Shown here: positions 51,201 through 62,689 of the stretch, piece after piece
Layout of the letters: the number at the start of each line of letters is the position of its first letter
How positions within the stretch are numbered: position 1 is the stretch's first letter
Assembly: GCA_973895155.1 (NCBI GenBank)
Contig: OZ316895.1
Span: 14,762,816 to 14,826,815 of the forward strand
Source: Marsupella aquatica
Taxonomy: Eukaryota; Plantae; Marchantiophyta
Direction of reading: 5' to 3'
DNA length: 64,000 nt
Position numbers and translations under genes: made by a program
The notes under the pieces: model-generated
What the model was told of the DNA's origin: nothing
What the model saw: only the letters and a program-made list of their open reading frames with translations
Database searches by the model: none

Positions 51201-52802
51201 CTATTTCTTTTCTTTCTCCAGTAGTTTCAGCAGACTCTGCATGCCTGGTTGCTGCATCGGCAAGTCTTCCTTCCTGGGCCTAAACACCTGCTCGATCGTA
51301 GGACTAACAGGTGGTTGAGGCTTCTCAGCCAACGGCCTCGGCATTGGAGCTTCCTCGGGTGCCCTTACCTGCAGGGGAAGTACCGGGGCAAAAGTCTGAC
51401 CTCTGGCATACCGGCACAAGAGCGGCATGTGATAGCCAAGCCGCGACACGCTCCCCATGCCGATTACCTGCTGCTCCTCCTTTAAGATCTTCTTCAATTG
51501 GTTGAGGAGGTACCCGTTGTAGTCCCGGCTTGGGTCTGGCCTTTCTGCCAGATAGACCTGTGCCTTGCCGATCTCTGCCCTCGGCAAGTTACAATGCATG
51601 GTCACCCGCAAGAAGTCGATCATCTCTCCTATGTGCGGGTTGGTGCAGGTGTTCCGGAAGAAGCCATTCTTCGTTGATGGCCCGGGGAACGACCGGAACT
51701 CCTTGTCAGGCAAGGTCTTCCTGGTATCAACTTTGGTCTTATTGCCTATCGGCAAGCCAAACACTTCGGCAATTACCTTGGGAGTAAGATAGAAATCCTT
51801 CCCATATATCCTCGTGCAATTGGTCTCGGGTTCCCATGACCCCACGAATTCTAATAGGTCTGACTCCGGTACCTCCGGCTTCAGCCATGGTAATCTTACA
51901 AAGGCCTCCAAGCCGGATCCGGCCATGAAGCCTTGGTACTTCTTGGTCTGCATGGCCGTAAAACATGCATCCTCCTCCCGTGCAAAATGTAGTTGCACCT
52001 CCACCGGTAGGGTTGCCGCCCAGCCCTTCCAGGTGTCATCCCTGGTTGGAATGGCCTTGATGGGATCGACCTCCTCCTCTTCGGCTTCTCCCTGCCTCCT
52101 GCTCTGCTGCTCGGCTGGCTTCTTTGGTGCCGCCGACCTCGTTCTTTTTGCCGGGGTGGCTTCATCGTTGACGGCTCCCTTCCTCTTCATCTCTGCTGTC
52201 GTGGAGGTTTCTCCTAGCACCGTTGCCTGGGTCCACCTTTCCGTGCTACCCTTTAATTCCCAGTGTATGTCGTTGCAGTTCTTGATGGCCTCTCGGATGC
52301 CGACGACGCTGTCTTTGCAAAACAGAAGATCGTCGAGTTGATTGGAAGTAGGCGTCCACAGGAACTCGTCCTTGATGAGTTCACCTCCTAAGAAAGCCGT
52401 CTTCTGCAGCTCCCACAATCGAGCGAGCTCCAGCCGTTCTCGAGCTGCCCTTTCTGATTCCTCGTCCTCGTAAGTCTTGATGTACTCAGTTGCCCGTTCG
52501 AATAGGCATCCCCAGAAATGTGCCGCTTGATTGACGTTGCTCATACCCTCCTTAGGTTGATCGTCGGTATCTACTCTCTCCCCGAGTGCTTGCCTAAGCA
52601 GCTGACAGTAGTTGGCCTCCCGTAGTCGTCTGCCTAGTTCGTGCTCGCAAATGAGCCACCATCTCCTGCAAGCGCTCCTTACCCCTCTCCTCTGCCGGTC
52701 CTTCTTCCCGTTGATCCTTCCTAGCCGCCGACGCTTAACGCGCCCTAACCCTAATCGGGTTTTCACCCTTAGCCTTACCTCCGGCCTCGGCCCGGGTTCC
52801 AT
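51201..52802 (-). CDS. Element ORF-A: basic N-terminus and PMD/Transposase_32-like domain
   Basis: Open frame of 533 aa from ATG 52802. GLEAFVRLPW...EFVGSWEPETNCTRIYGKDFYLTPKVIAEVFGLPIG resembles the plant mobile domain core (W.PET..F....E.TITLEDV..LLGLPI.G). Confidence 0.65.
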   Translation of the reverse strand: MEPGPRPEVRLRVKTRLGLGRVKRRRLGRINGKKDRQRRGVRSACRRWWLICEHELGRRLREANYCQLLRQALGERVDTDDQPKEGMSNVNQAAHFWGCLFERATEYIKTYEDEESERAARERLELARLWELQKTAFLGGELIKDEFLWTPTSNQLDDLLFCKDSVVGIREAIKNCNDIHWELKGSTERWTQATVLGETSTTAEMKRKGAVNDEATPAKRTRSAAPKKPAEQQSRRQGEAEEEEVDPIKAIPTRDDTWKGWAATLPVEVQLHFAREEDACFTAMQTKKYQGFMAGSGLEAFVRLPWLKPEVPESDLLEFVGSWEPETNCTRIYGKDFYLTPKVIAEVFGLPIGNKTKVDTRKTLPDKEFRSFPGPSTKNGFFRNTCTNPHIGEMIDFLRVTMHCNLPRAEIGKAQVYLAERPDPSRDYNGYLLNQLKKILKEEQQVIGMGSVSRLGYHMPLLCRYARGQTFAPVLPLQVRAPEEAPMPRPLAEKPQPPVSPTIEQVFRPRKEDLPMQQPGMQSLLKLLEKEKK

Positions 52803-55311
52803 GGTTGCCCCTAATTGTTTATATTTTCCTTGTTTTGTCACTATACTAAGGTGTTCCTAGGGTGCCTTCCTACTTTACCCACTTAACCGGCCGAGTGATT
52901 CTTGTCTAGGCATCACATTAATGCTTTTGTGGCGTGTTTTTCCTGTTTCAACATGTGGCAGACTGGAAGGATTCAAAATTCATAAGGACATGGTAGTTGA
53001 TTGTTAAAGAGAGAGGAGGTTAGAGGGAAGTTTGGAAACTCGGGGAAGGGCAATGAGGATTTTTTTGTGAAGGATCGACCAAGAGAGCTCCAAGGAGCAG
53101 AGGGCGATGATAGTGGGAGGAGACTTCAGACATAATGGATGGAAAGACCTGGAGGTTCCTAGTGGTTGGAAAAAGCTTGATGGGGATTTGAGAAAAAAGG
53201 ATCACGAGTTCGTCATTGTATCATTGGAGGAGATCTGAGGAGAAAAAAAGTGTTTGGGGGCAGAGAGGATTGGAGCGCTAAGGAGGATTGGATCAAGTGC
53301 TGGAAAATGGAGGAGTGATGGTGCTTGGCAGAGAGAGGTCAAGTGCTTGGCAAAGAGAGGTTGAGTGCTTCAAAGGAGAAAAACAATTGTTAATGAAAGG
53401 ACTGGGGAGGCCATGGGGACGCTGCGTGGCTGTTTGAGTGCGAGGAGGGAGACAGAGTTCTTTGTGCTGTTGTTGAGAGTGTGATGGAGGCGTTTGGAAG
53501 AAAAGTAGTAAAAATGCAATGGATGAGGACTGATTGCAAGGAAAAAAAGGCAAAGGCGGATTTTGAATGCTCATGTTTTATTCAGATTTGAGGTGCTATG
53601 GAGTTGATTTTCTTCATGAGAAAGAGCAAGAAGAGGGAAAACGACAAGCGATGAATGCAAAAAAATCTTTGGCTGAACAAGAAGAAAACAGAATTGCGCT
53701 ACAAGGAGTGTAGAGAATTTTTGGGAAGTAGATCATGTGTTAAGGAGCAGAGCTAGGGTGATCAGGACTTTGTGGAATTTTTTCACAGGAGAAAGGTGAG
53801 GGAAACTACATTCCAGAAGATGGAGGAGGATTAATGACTTCTCCATTGAATTGATTGAATTTACCTTGGAACTGGGTAAGAGTAGAGATCGAGTGATCAA
53901 GTCTCAGTAGTAAAGAACGAATGCTTTTAAGTGTGTATGGAGTGTTGCGTTGCACTGTGCTGCATTGTGTTGAAATGAGAATGTGGAGAGTTTTCTTTTG
54001 TGTGAAACAAGAGTGACCAGAGAGCAAGAGAACATAAGCTATTGAGATAACAGAAAGAAGAGTTGAATGTGCTACAAATGTGAAGACTGGGAGGTTTATG
54101 GACAAGAGGCAAACAGAAGAATGAATGGGATAAGAAGAGTTGAATCAAACAGATAAATGTCCGTTGCACTGTAGGGAGCAAACAAAATGTTTTTTTAAAG
54201 ATTTTGGAATGAGCTCGCGAATTGAGGCCTTTGATAGAGAGTTTGCATACTAACACTATTGACTCTGGAGTTATTCAACTCGAGAAGAGAGGTGAATGAA
54301 AACAAGCATTGTTCATGTTTTATAGTTTCGACTAAGGGATAGAAAGTAGAGTTAAAACATGGAGCTCTGTTTTGGAGAAAGGATGGATGGTGAAGGTGAA
54401 ATTGGACGAAGGTTTTTTCTGTTATGGGATTGGAGGATCGAGAAGAGGAGGAAGGAAGGGCCAGCAGAGGAAGAGGCTCGGGAAGAGAAAAAGAGAAGTG
54501 ACGTGAAAAGGGAAGCTTGCCACCGACTGAAGTTTTGCAGCGATTGTCAAGGAAAGACAATAGACAACTAGAACCTGACCTAAAGACCTGACCTGACCTG
54601 ACCTGAGTGATCCGAGACCCTAGCTGAAGAATGGACGACAAAAGAGTGCCTATTTGAGTTGACTTCAAAAAATGTTGTAAACCTGAAAAAACCCGAAAAG
54701 GTTATATGTATAAAGAGTGTTTAAAAGTTTAAACGTATCAAGTTGATTTTTGTTTGTGAATGAAATACTTAGCCTTTCAAAATTGATTTATTTCTGAGTG
54801 ATGAGAGGTCCATAGGGCTGAAAGCAAACAAATGTTAATAATACAAAACAAAGAGTCGAATTAGTTAAGAGCATGTGTGATGTTGAACTTTAAAGAAAGC
54901 ATGAAGATAAGAAAAATTTAGAGCTTGGTTAGAGGTTGTTTGCTCTTACATAAGTATATAGCCTTCAGAGACTCAGTTAATAATAAATAAATTAAAGTAT
55001 TGGTTGTTTTTGACAAATGGAACCCAGTAATAGGAACCATATTTAGAAAAAAGCATATTGGGACATATCACATGAAAAATGTTAGAAACTACGAGTGAAA
55101 TAATAAGTTTTTTAATTGAGAAGAGTTAAGGAGTCCCTAGAATTCTTTCCGAAACCTATGTTTCACACCACTCTTAAATGGTCCTTGGAAAGCAGAGGTG
55201 AGTGGAATAGCGCAGGCCGATGAGTGACACCGCAGAATGATTGAAGGAGCAATTACGTAGGTTGAAGAACAGTGGAGCTCTAAAGAGTCAGATATTCTTT
55301 ACGTCAATAAC

Positions 55312-56915
55312 TTGAGTGTTGGTGACAATGTGGAAGTAGATAGCATTGACATGTCCACTGTTTTTGATGAGGTATCTAGAGACAGTGTTGCTATTAACCG
55401 TTGTGACACTCTGGTCAACAGTAATCTTGATGTCATTTCTGCTAGTAAGACATTAGACGGAAGGGCAACTGCGGTCAGTATGCAAAGGCTACGAGCACTC
55501 CCCGACCCTGGCTTAGTAGATGCAGGGAAGGGGCAAGAGAGACTGCCATTGGAGAACAATGACAGGTGGGCCTTGAAACGCGCTAATGATTTGAGGAGAG
55601 GGTTAGGTTGGGACATGTCAATAGCACTAGGAGACCTGTCATTGAGGCAACTTGACGAGTTATTGAGTGTACTAATTAATCAGTTTTTGAGAGTTGTTAA
55701 GGTGGATGAGACCCTTTACCCCTCATCTACGCTTATGAATATGTGTAATGGCTTCAACCATATTATTAGAAGGGCTAGTGACATCAGGCCTTTGAACAAA
55801 GAGACAATCTGGTTGACCGTGACTTCAACATAAACTCGCATCCAACATTTGCAAAAATGCATGGTCATCACAGCTGCAATCAAGAAAAGTGCAAAGGAAG
55901 GGGTGAATAAGAAAAGATTGAAAGTAAGTGTCACTCACTTGGTCCATGAGCCTTTCTTGAGATCATTTTGTTTGTGTACAATGAAGTGCAAATCTATGTA
56001 ATCTGTATAAGCAGGATAGTACTACGGATTCTCTACCTATATGTTTACAATACCAGAGCGCTTGTTGGCATTAGGCAGTAGTTATTGAGAAATGAAAGTT
56101 ATGACCCTTTTTGTTACATGTTACAATCAGAAATATTGACTGAGGAACATGAGAGCAGTTTTGGCTTATATCGATCATCAGGTCACGTCAAGCCATGGAT
56201 GCCAAAAGCATTTGGCATTTGTTTTTCTTGCGAGACTTGGTATCCGTGGCAAAATGGAACTATGGAACTTGCACAAAGACAACATCACTGTATGCATGGA
56301 CAAGTTAGGGAGGGCGTACGTCAAGTGAGTTCTCAATCCATGATGTATTCACTTTGATAAGTTGTAGCTTGTTGGAGTTTCTTTAAATTGTAGTTTCTTT
56401 CTTTATTTGCTTGGTGTTTTTGTGGCAGATTTGAGGAGTGGTTGAGTAAAAACAACAATTACACTAGGGATTGCTACAGATAGCAGTTAAGAAATGTTTT
56501 CCATAGTTTCAAAGAAGATTTTGTGATGACTGTGAAATAGTGTAAGCACAATTTTCCATCTATTGAGAAGGCAAAAAAACCAGATTTGTTTATGCAAACT
56601 ATAACTAACCCTGCTCGCATTGTGTGGTACAATAAGATTCAGAAAGTTGGGAAGGGTGTTGGAGGAGGTTGGCTGAAGAATATGGCCTTACTGGTTGGAC
56701 AGCCCCCTGAAATTTTCACTAATCGGAGTGGGAGGGCAACATTGGTGACATGCATGGCTGCCAAGGGAGTCCCTAACAAGGTAGGAATGGCCATTACTGG
56801 TCATCGGAGTACTAGAGGTTACAAGAGGTATGACCAAACTCAAACACTGAAAATGGAGGATGTTGCATTAGTATCTGCAAATCTGAAGTTAGCTTATGAA
56901 ATAAGCACTCGCTCA
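55312..56915 (+). pseudogene. Crypton-like (DUF3504-type) tyrosine recombinase pseudogene with two spliceosomal introns
   Basis: Across frames: NDRWALK...LDELLS..FLRVVKVDETLYPSSTL, ILTEEHE, LGIRGKMELWNL (catalytic R), FEEWLSKNN (K), WYNK..KVGK and FTNRSGRATLVT...GVP....ITGHRS..GYKRY. GT-AG introns at ~55924-56130 and ~56325-56428. Confidence 0.8.
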
Positions 56916-57250
56916 CACTAGTAGAAACCGGGGCATTTTGTGACCAGACCACTTGTGACTGGGGTGACCACGCAAGTGCAACCTTTGAACATCAGTCTTA
57001 TTTTTGAGACCCCACAAGACTTGATAGTCATTAGTAGTCATGTATATGACTACTTAAGACAATTGAACTTTTTAAAAATCTTGCTCTATTGAATGAGTCA
57101 TTCAGGTCTGACTACATAGTCATACTTAGTCAACATAAGACAATGGCCAATAGTAAGCCAAGTCCAATTTAGTCAACAAAATTGACTTGTCCATTCATTT
57201 TCATTGTGGCCATTGAACACTTTTTAAAATAATGTAGTGCCATATGCCTG
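56916..57250 (+). mobile_element. CACTA element terminus inserted at the 3' end of the recombinase frame
   Basis: CACTAGTAGAAA at 56916 supplies the TAG that ends the YR frame. GTCA/TGAC-rich subterminal repeats follow. The other end was not seen. Confidence 0.65.
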
Positions 57251-59402
57251 GTTAAAGGATATTTACCCGATCCCATACACATTCTGAGCCATGGGATTAT
57301 GCTTTACATAGCCATTGACTGAACTATATGCAAGGGGCATAAGGGTTTGCTAGGGAGGCTTTTTTTGGGTTTTGTGTTACATGAAGTGCAGTTTAGGCCT
57401 AGCTAACTCATCCACATGCATGTAACCCTTCCTGCCAGAGTTTAGGGGGGGTTGTAGCAAGACACCTAAAGGGGGTTTTAGGGGGGTTTTACCAAGACAC
57501 CTAAAGGGGGTTTAGGGGGGTTATATGACATGGGTGTGGGGGTTATATCGATCTCAAGGGGGAGGGGGTTAATCGGGGGACACGCACCATTGGATGGAGT
57601 TGATCGCCACCATCAGGTGAAACTTTTCCGTTCTCGCGTCCCGTTTAGTCGCACGTCCCGTTTAGTCACACATGTCTGAGCTTCGTTCGATCGGGAGATG
57701 GGAGAAGGTGCAGACACCAAGGCGGAAGTGCATCCTTGCGGCTGGCTAGGGTGCGCATTTCCTTCACTTTCCCTCATAAAACTACGAGCTCATTGTGGTG
57801 GTGTGGGTCCCGTATGTAACTTCTCCCATTGCCAACCTTCCATCACTGCGTGCTGGACACATTTGAGTCCTTGGGCTGCAAGTAGAGCGCATTCACAGTT
57901 GTGCCAAGGGAGGTGATCACTACTGCTGCGGAAGGAGGGAGTTAGTCGGGAGTTTTGCTACTACTGCGGAAGGCACTGCACAAGCTTTACTAATGCGGGA
58001 CCTGTGTGGGAGGCGTAAAGACTTAGGGTGAAGTCTAGTGCAACTATCCTTCTCTTCCAAGCGTATTGTGAGCTCGAACAACGTCGCGGGATTCCTGAGG
58101 TGAAGAGTGCAAGCTGCGACCAGTCTCAGGAGCAGCTCCTCAATCATCCCGGGCATTGGAGCTTAGTGAACTGTAAGTGCGTGCATACCCTTCCAGCTGC
58201 GTCTTTGACTAAGGAGCTCATCAATCTTCTTGGGCATTGGAGTTGAAGTGTCACTTGCCTATCCAACGATTAATATGTGCAAACCGTACTTTTCTTCGCT
58301 CAAACCGTTGGTATCGTATTACGGGGTCGTGGAGGGACGCTATTTGGAGGATTTCCACACCTAAGGATGAGTATGTTTGATTCCGCTCCCGGAAGTGTAC
58401 TTTTTGATCAAGTCTACCGACTGGTCTCTCCGTTTTTGATCAAGTCCAAGGGACTGGTCCTACCATCTACAACTCATGCCCACCGGGTGAGTGCTGTCAC
58501 CACCCCCTCTCATGGGCAAGCATACAAACGTTTACAATAATGTTTGAACACTAGTGACAAGGCAAATGTTTCCACAATGAAACCGACCACATGCACTAGG
58601 GGAGGAAAACAAACAACACAAGCAACAACAAGTGACACACAAAATATTGGAACCTCAAGCCAAATCCATATCTCTTGGTGTTTCCCGTAACACATGCAAG
58701 GGCAACCTGGCCTCCTGCCGTCTGCCCAACTCCTGCCTCCCGGGGACAAGTGCTACGTTCTCCACCTCACTACTCTGGCTTGAATTTCTCCTAATCGGTG
58801 CGCTACAAAAGCTACTCAACAACATCAAAGCACTACGTTGAGTTCCCCCCCCCCTCACTACTTCGGGGCTCTCCCCTTAAATACCGAAAAAACCACACCA
58901 AAGCACCCCTCATGGGGTCACAACGATGGCGGCTACCCTAGCGGCGCCGCTAAAACCCTGCACTAAGAAATCCCTAAACTAAAAAGGCATGCGGCACACA
59001 CATGCTGCTAAAACCCTAAACCCTAAACAAGGGGCCGACGGTGCCTTCGACGGCGCCCCAATTGTACTCCGTGAACCCTGAAATTGCAAGGCACCCCACA
59101 ATGGCTGAAACTAGGTGCCCTATCAACTGTACTTTTGAGCTCATCCTTGGATAGCCCTTCTCCTCCTGATCCCGAATCACTCAGCCGCACTCGCAACGGA
59201 CATCGGACGCCTGAGTTATGGTCGTTTCCGTATCGCGAAAACACAATTTCGTCGGGCCATAACTTGCTCATCCTGGCTCCGTTTGAGGAGCGCCGCCTCT
59301 TGTTGGAATCAGCTCCGTGAGCTCTTTCCAACAAGCCCGTGAGTGACCCCTCACAAAAAAGTTGGAAATCCAGAGGCCGTACAACCACATCCGTACGACT
59401 AT

Positions 59403-61257
59403 CTACTCCTCCTCTTCTTCACTCTCGGTGCCCTGGCTTGTGCCCCGTGAGTGGGCCTCCTCTTCATCACTCACGGGAGTGAGTGCCACCTCACTTTTCT
59501 TCTTCTTTACCGGGGTACTCTTCGTGTTGCCGCTCCCTTGCTTCCTCAAAGTGGCCAAGGCCTGCCACGCCTTGATGTACCCCTCACCAATGGTGTCCTT
59601 CCATAGGGTAGCCTCTTCTCCGGACCGCAACTCCAACGGTAGAACTTGCCCTGTGGCCATGGGAGTCCCGGGGGTGACAGACCTGGGTGGCATCCCCGTA
59701 CTGACCTGAGCCTCCCGTAACGATTTCCGTACCTCCCGGAGCTTATTCTCCAAGCCCTTGCTCTTCTCCTGACTCTTCTTGGCTCCATCCAACAAGGGTC
59801 CATACTTCCCACTAACCTCCTTCACCACCATCTCAATAGCCTAGGAGATCAAATCCGGGGAAAGTGTGGAGCTAGGTGTGCTGGGGTTCTTCCGTTTCCC
59901 CCAGGCTCAAGGCCTCACTCCTCTTTGCTCGTGTCTCAAAGGCGGCCACCTGACTCCGTAGTGCTCCCACCTGGTTTCTCCACTCCACCACTTCTCCAGA
60001 ATTCTACTTCTCTTTGGCCAATGCTTGTCTCAACGCTCCCACCTCTTCTGCTTCCTTGGCCTTGGTGGACAAGGCTCCCTTCAAGTTGGAGATCTCTACG
60101 TGAGCTGCTTGGAGAAGCTTAACCTTCTCATGAATGGTCCCCTCCTTGGCCTTGATCACCTCCTTCAGAGACAGGGTACTCTGCTCTAACGTCTCTACTC
60201 TGGCTGAGGCGTGCTTGAGAGAATCTCTCAATGCATGGATTAGCTTGAGTCCCTCATGGACTCCCTCTCTGAAATCCCGTAGCTCTGCCAGGTAAACATC
60301 CGGAATGTTGTAGACCAGGGGCTTTTTCGGATCTCCTACGAGTGATTCAAGCCACTCCAACGTGTAGTCCTCATCCTGGTTTTCTTCTTCTCTATCTTCA
60401 TCCCCACCAGCCGACGATGATTCCTCCGTGAGCTTCCCTATAACAGTAGTGGCAATACTCCGGATCTCCATGGTGAGAGATGATCCCGTGTCTTCCTGTC
60501 CTGGGGAACCAATCAACCCTTCTGCCCTGGCCAATACAAATGACCCCATCAAATGTATAGCCCCACCTGGTTTCACACTCCCGGGATCAGCGGCCAACAG
60601 CTTCTTCAACCCGTAGTACCACCATCCGTACACATGGGCTGGGTGGTTCTTGATGTCCATAGCTACCACGAAATGCTCTTCACTCACCACCTCGGATTGC
60701 ACGTTGCCAAGGACCCGTTGATGAACCTTGGCCAGGAATCCCTTATCCTCAACATCCTTGATAGCGGAAAGAGGGATGGCAATGGTGGAGGTGGGATTAA
60801 TCACCCAAGTGGCCACCATCTTCAACGTGAGTTCTCCCCTAATGTGCCGAGGTGTGAATGAGAATTTCTGATTCCCCAAAAACAACAGCCTAGCCAACTC
60901 CACATGGGGCACTACACGTTTGAGACATTCAAAGTAGATTCCCTCCGTTCGTAACTCCATCCCGGCCTCAATGTCCCAGCTCTTCCCCGGAGGGATGGTA
61001 ATCTCCACCTTCATGAATTCTGTAACCCCGGTGGCTTGGAAAATATTCCGACAATCCTCCATCACTTTGGCGGAGGTCTTGGGATAAATTCGACGAAAAA
61101 TCCTCCTACCCACCGGTGTGGAACCTGCTGCCAATCCCGTGCTCATCGTAGCTTCTCTCTCTTCTCTCTCCCTTGCAATCAAAGTCTCCACGTAGTCACG
61201 GTAAGCAGCCTTGTATCTCCGAATGCGTGCCACACTAAACTCCGATTGATCTAGCAT
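59403..61257 (-). pseudogene. Decayed element ORF (417-aa intact part at 60004-61257, continuing through frameshifts to 59403)
   Basis: After ...ALAKEK the coiled coil continues in other frames (ILEKVVEWRNQVGALRSQV; LIS*AIEMVVKEVSGK...PVKKKK). Confidence 0.6.
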
Positions 61258-61639
61258 TCATGCATCCTGAAATCAAATTCTCAATCACCAAATCCCGTCA
61301 CCCGTAGCAATGTCAATTCCCTGGCCCGAAACAGCCCCCGTAGCCCGATTAATTTATTTCTCTCAATCCCCTCTGTCGTCACTCCATGTTGCTGTCGTTA
61401 ATGCCCGGACAGTCCCCGCAATCCCCCATGAGTGAGCCTTGAGAAGAATTGGAGAGAAAGCTCAAATAATTGTAACATAAGGAGAAAGCTTTCGGCAATA
61501 AGGGAGAGAAACTCGAGTTTGCTTTCGGCAAGAGAAGGGTCGTGTGAAAAGGAGAAAAGAGGGGAGAGAAAAAAACAATGAAAACCCCCCCGGGAGCAGC
61601 TTTTCGCCTTGCGCCCCGGAGCCCTCCTTTGTCCCGACT

Positions 61640-61985
61640 CGCGGGAGTCCCCCTTCCTCGCAGCTCGCGCCTCGCACCTCGCGCCTCGCACCTCGCCCCT
61701 CACAGCTCGCAGCTCGCGGCTCGCGGCTCACTCGCGGATGCTTCCCCTTCCTCGCACGGCAGCTCGCGCCTCGCAGCTCGCGGCTCGTGGCCCGCAGCTC
61801 GCCCCTCACAGCTCACGGCTCGCGGCTCACTCGCGGACGCTTCCCCTTCCTCGCGCGGCAGCTCGCAGCAGCTCGCGGCTCACTCGCGGACGCTTCCCCT
61901 TCCTCGCACGGTAGCTCGCGGACCTCCTTAGGAGGGATTTATTTTAAAACCCCCCCATACTCCTCACTCGTGGCAGCTCGCAGCA
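61640..61985. repeat. GC-rich tandem repeat array
   Basis: Repeated cttccccttcctcgc.cggcagctcgc and ggctcactcgcgga units built from CTCGC motifs. Confidence 0.9.
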
Positions 61986-62689
61986 GCTCCTTGCAATCGG
62001 ATGTTGAATGTGAAGACAAGTCTGATTGTTGACACTGTACTGAATGCTAAGCCTCCTCTAAATCAATTCTGAGACGGGACTGAATGTTGAGATTGATGTT
62101 AGGTTTGCCTGTGGTCGGAACACTCTGCGAAACATTTCAATATATATGCATCCGAGTTCCCAATAAGTAATAACAGCCATCGTTGTCTAAAGTGGGCCTC
62201 TGGTAGTATTGTGCATCGGGGGCACTCAATAGGAAACTCATAGTTGCTTTTACCAACAACAGAAGCTGCATTTTTGAAGAAATTCCATGGACTTCATTGC
62301 TTGCGCAGTTTGTGACATAAAATGTCCAATTAGATGTCGGAATGAAGACATGATCTCTAACTGTCTTGCACTGTATGTCCTTTGAACTGCATTCTTAGAT
62401 AGCCCAAATAGTGGAATTCCAAGTGGGACAGTTCACAATCCACAGAGTTGAACCCATTCTGAAATAGAATATAATTCTGAAATAAAATATTTTCATTCAG
62501 AGAGTCATAAAGTCAAAACTAGTTCATTTTAACTTTGGCCACTGTCTAGCATGAAAGTCTGTAATGCATATACATATTCGATACCTTCATGTTTGTTTCA
62601 TGCATACATTCTTGGCAGTGACTGATGTATTCAACCTGGAATGTAATATTTTGGCTTCGATTGGCTCCTCTATTTTGCTAGCTTCTCAA

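Larger units (their letters stand above)
48258..52917 (-). mobile_element. 4,660-bp TG...CA element with 5-bp TSD and no gag/pol/transposase
   Basis: TTAAT|TGTGGTGC ... GCATCACA|TTAAT. Termini are 7/8 inverted. The TSD lies at 48253-48257 and 52918-52922, with a sharp GC shift at both junctions. Confidence 0.85.
47950..54650 (-). mobile_element. Decayed LINE interrupted by the 48258-52917 element
   Basis: The same GA-rich plus-strand composition lies on both sides of the insert. Minus-strand remnants appear in LINE ORF2 order: RLDHS/IFWNVVSL (endonuclease end), KHEHSKSAFAFF, and PPLSLTINYHVLMN (cf. RPISLLN.DYKIL). Boundaries are approximate. Confidence 0.4.
58276..61985 (-). mobile_element. 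Second, older element related in architecture to 48258-52917 (ends unresolved)
   Basis: Shares subterminal motifs GGGACGCT and GTATGTTTG(G)ATTCCGC..CCGGAA, and carries a minus-strand globular plus coiled-coil ORF. No TSD found. Confidence 0.5.

Noticed and set aside
58296-58312. TGGTATCG as a tRNA-Met primer binding site
   Set aside because: The match stops after 7 nt and is not preceded by an LTR-ending CA.
59011-59028. AAACCCTAAACCCTAAAC as interstitial telomere
   Set aside because: Only about 2.5 units; such telo-box-like runs are common in plant TEs and promoters.
61398-62032. Several overlapping Arg/Ala/Ser-rich ORFs
   Set aside because: Artefacts of the GC-rich tandem array lacking stop codons.
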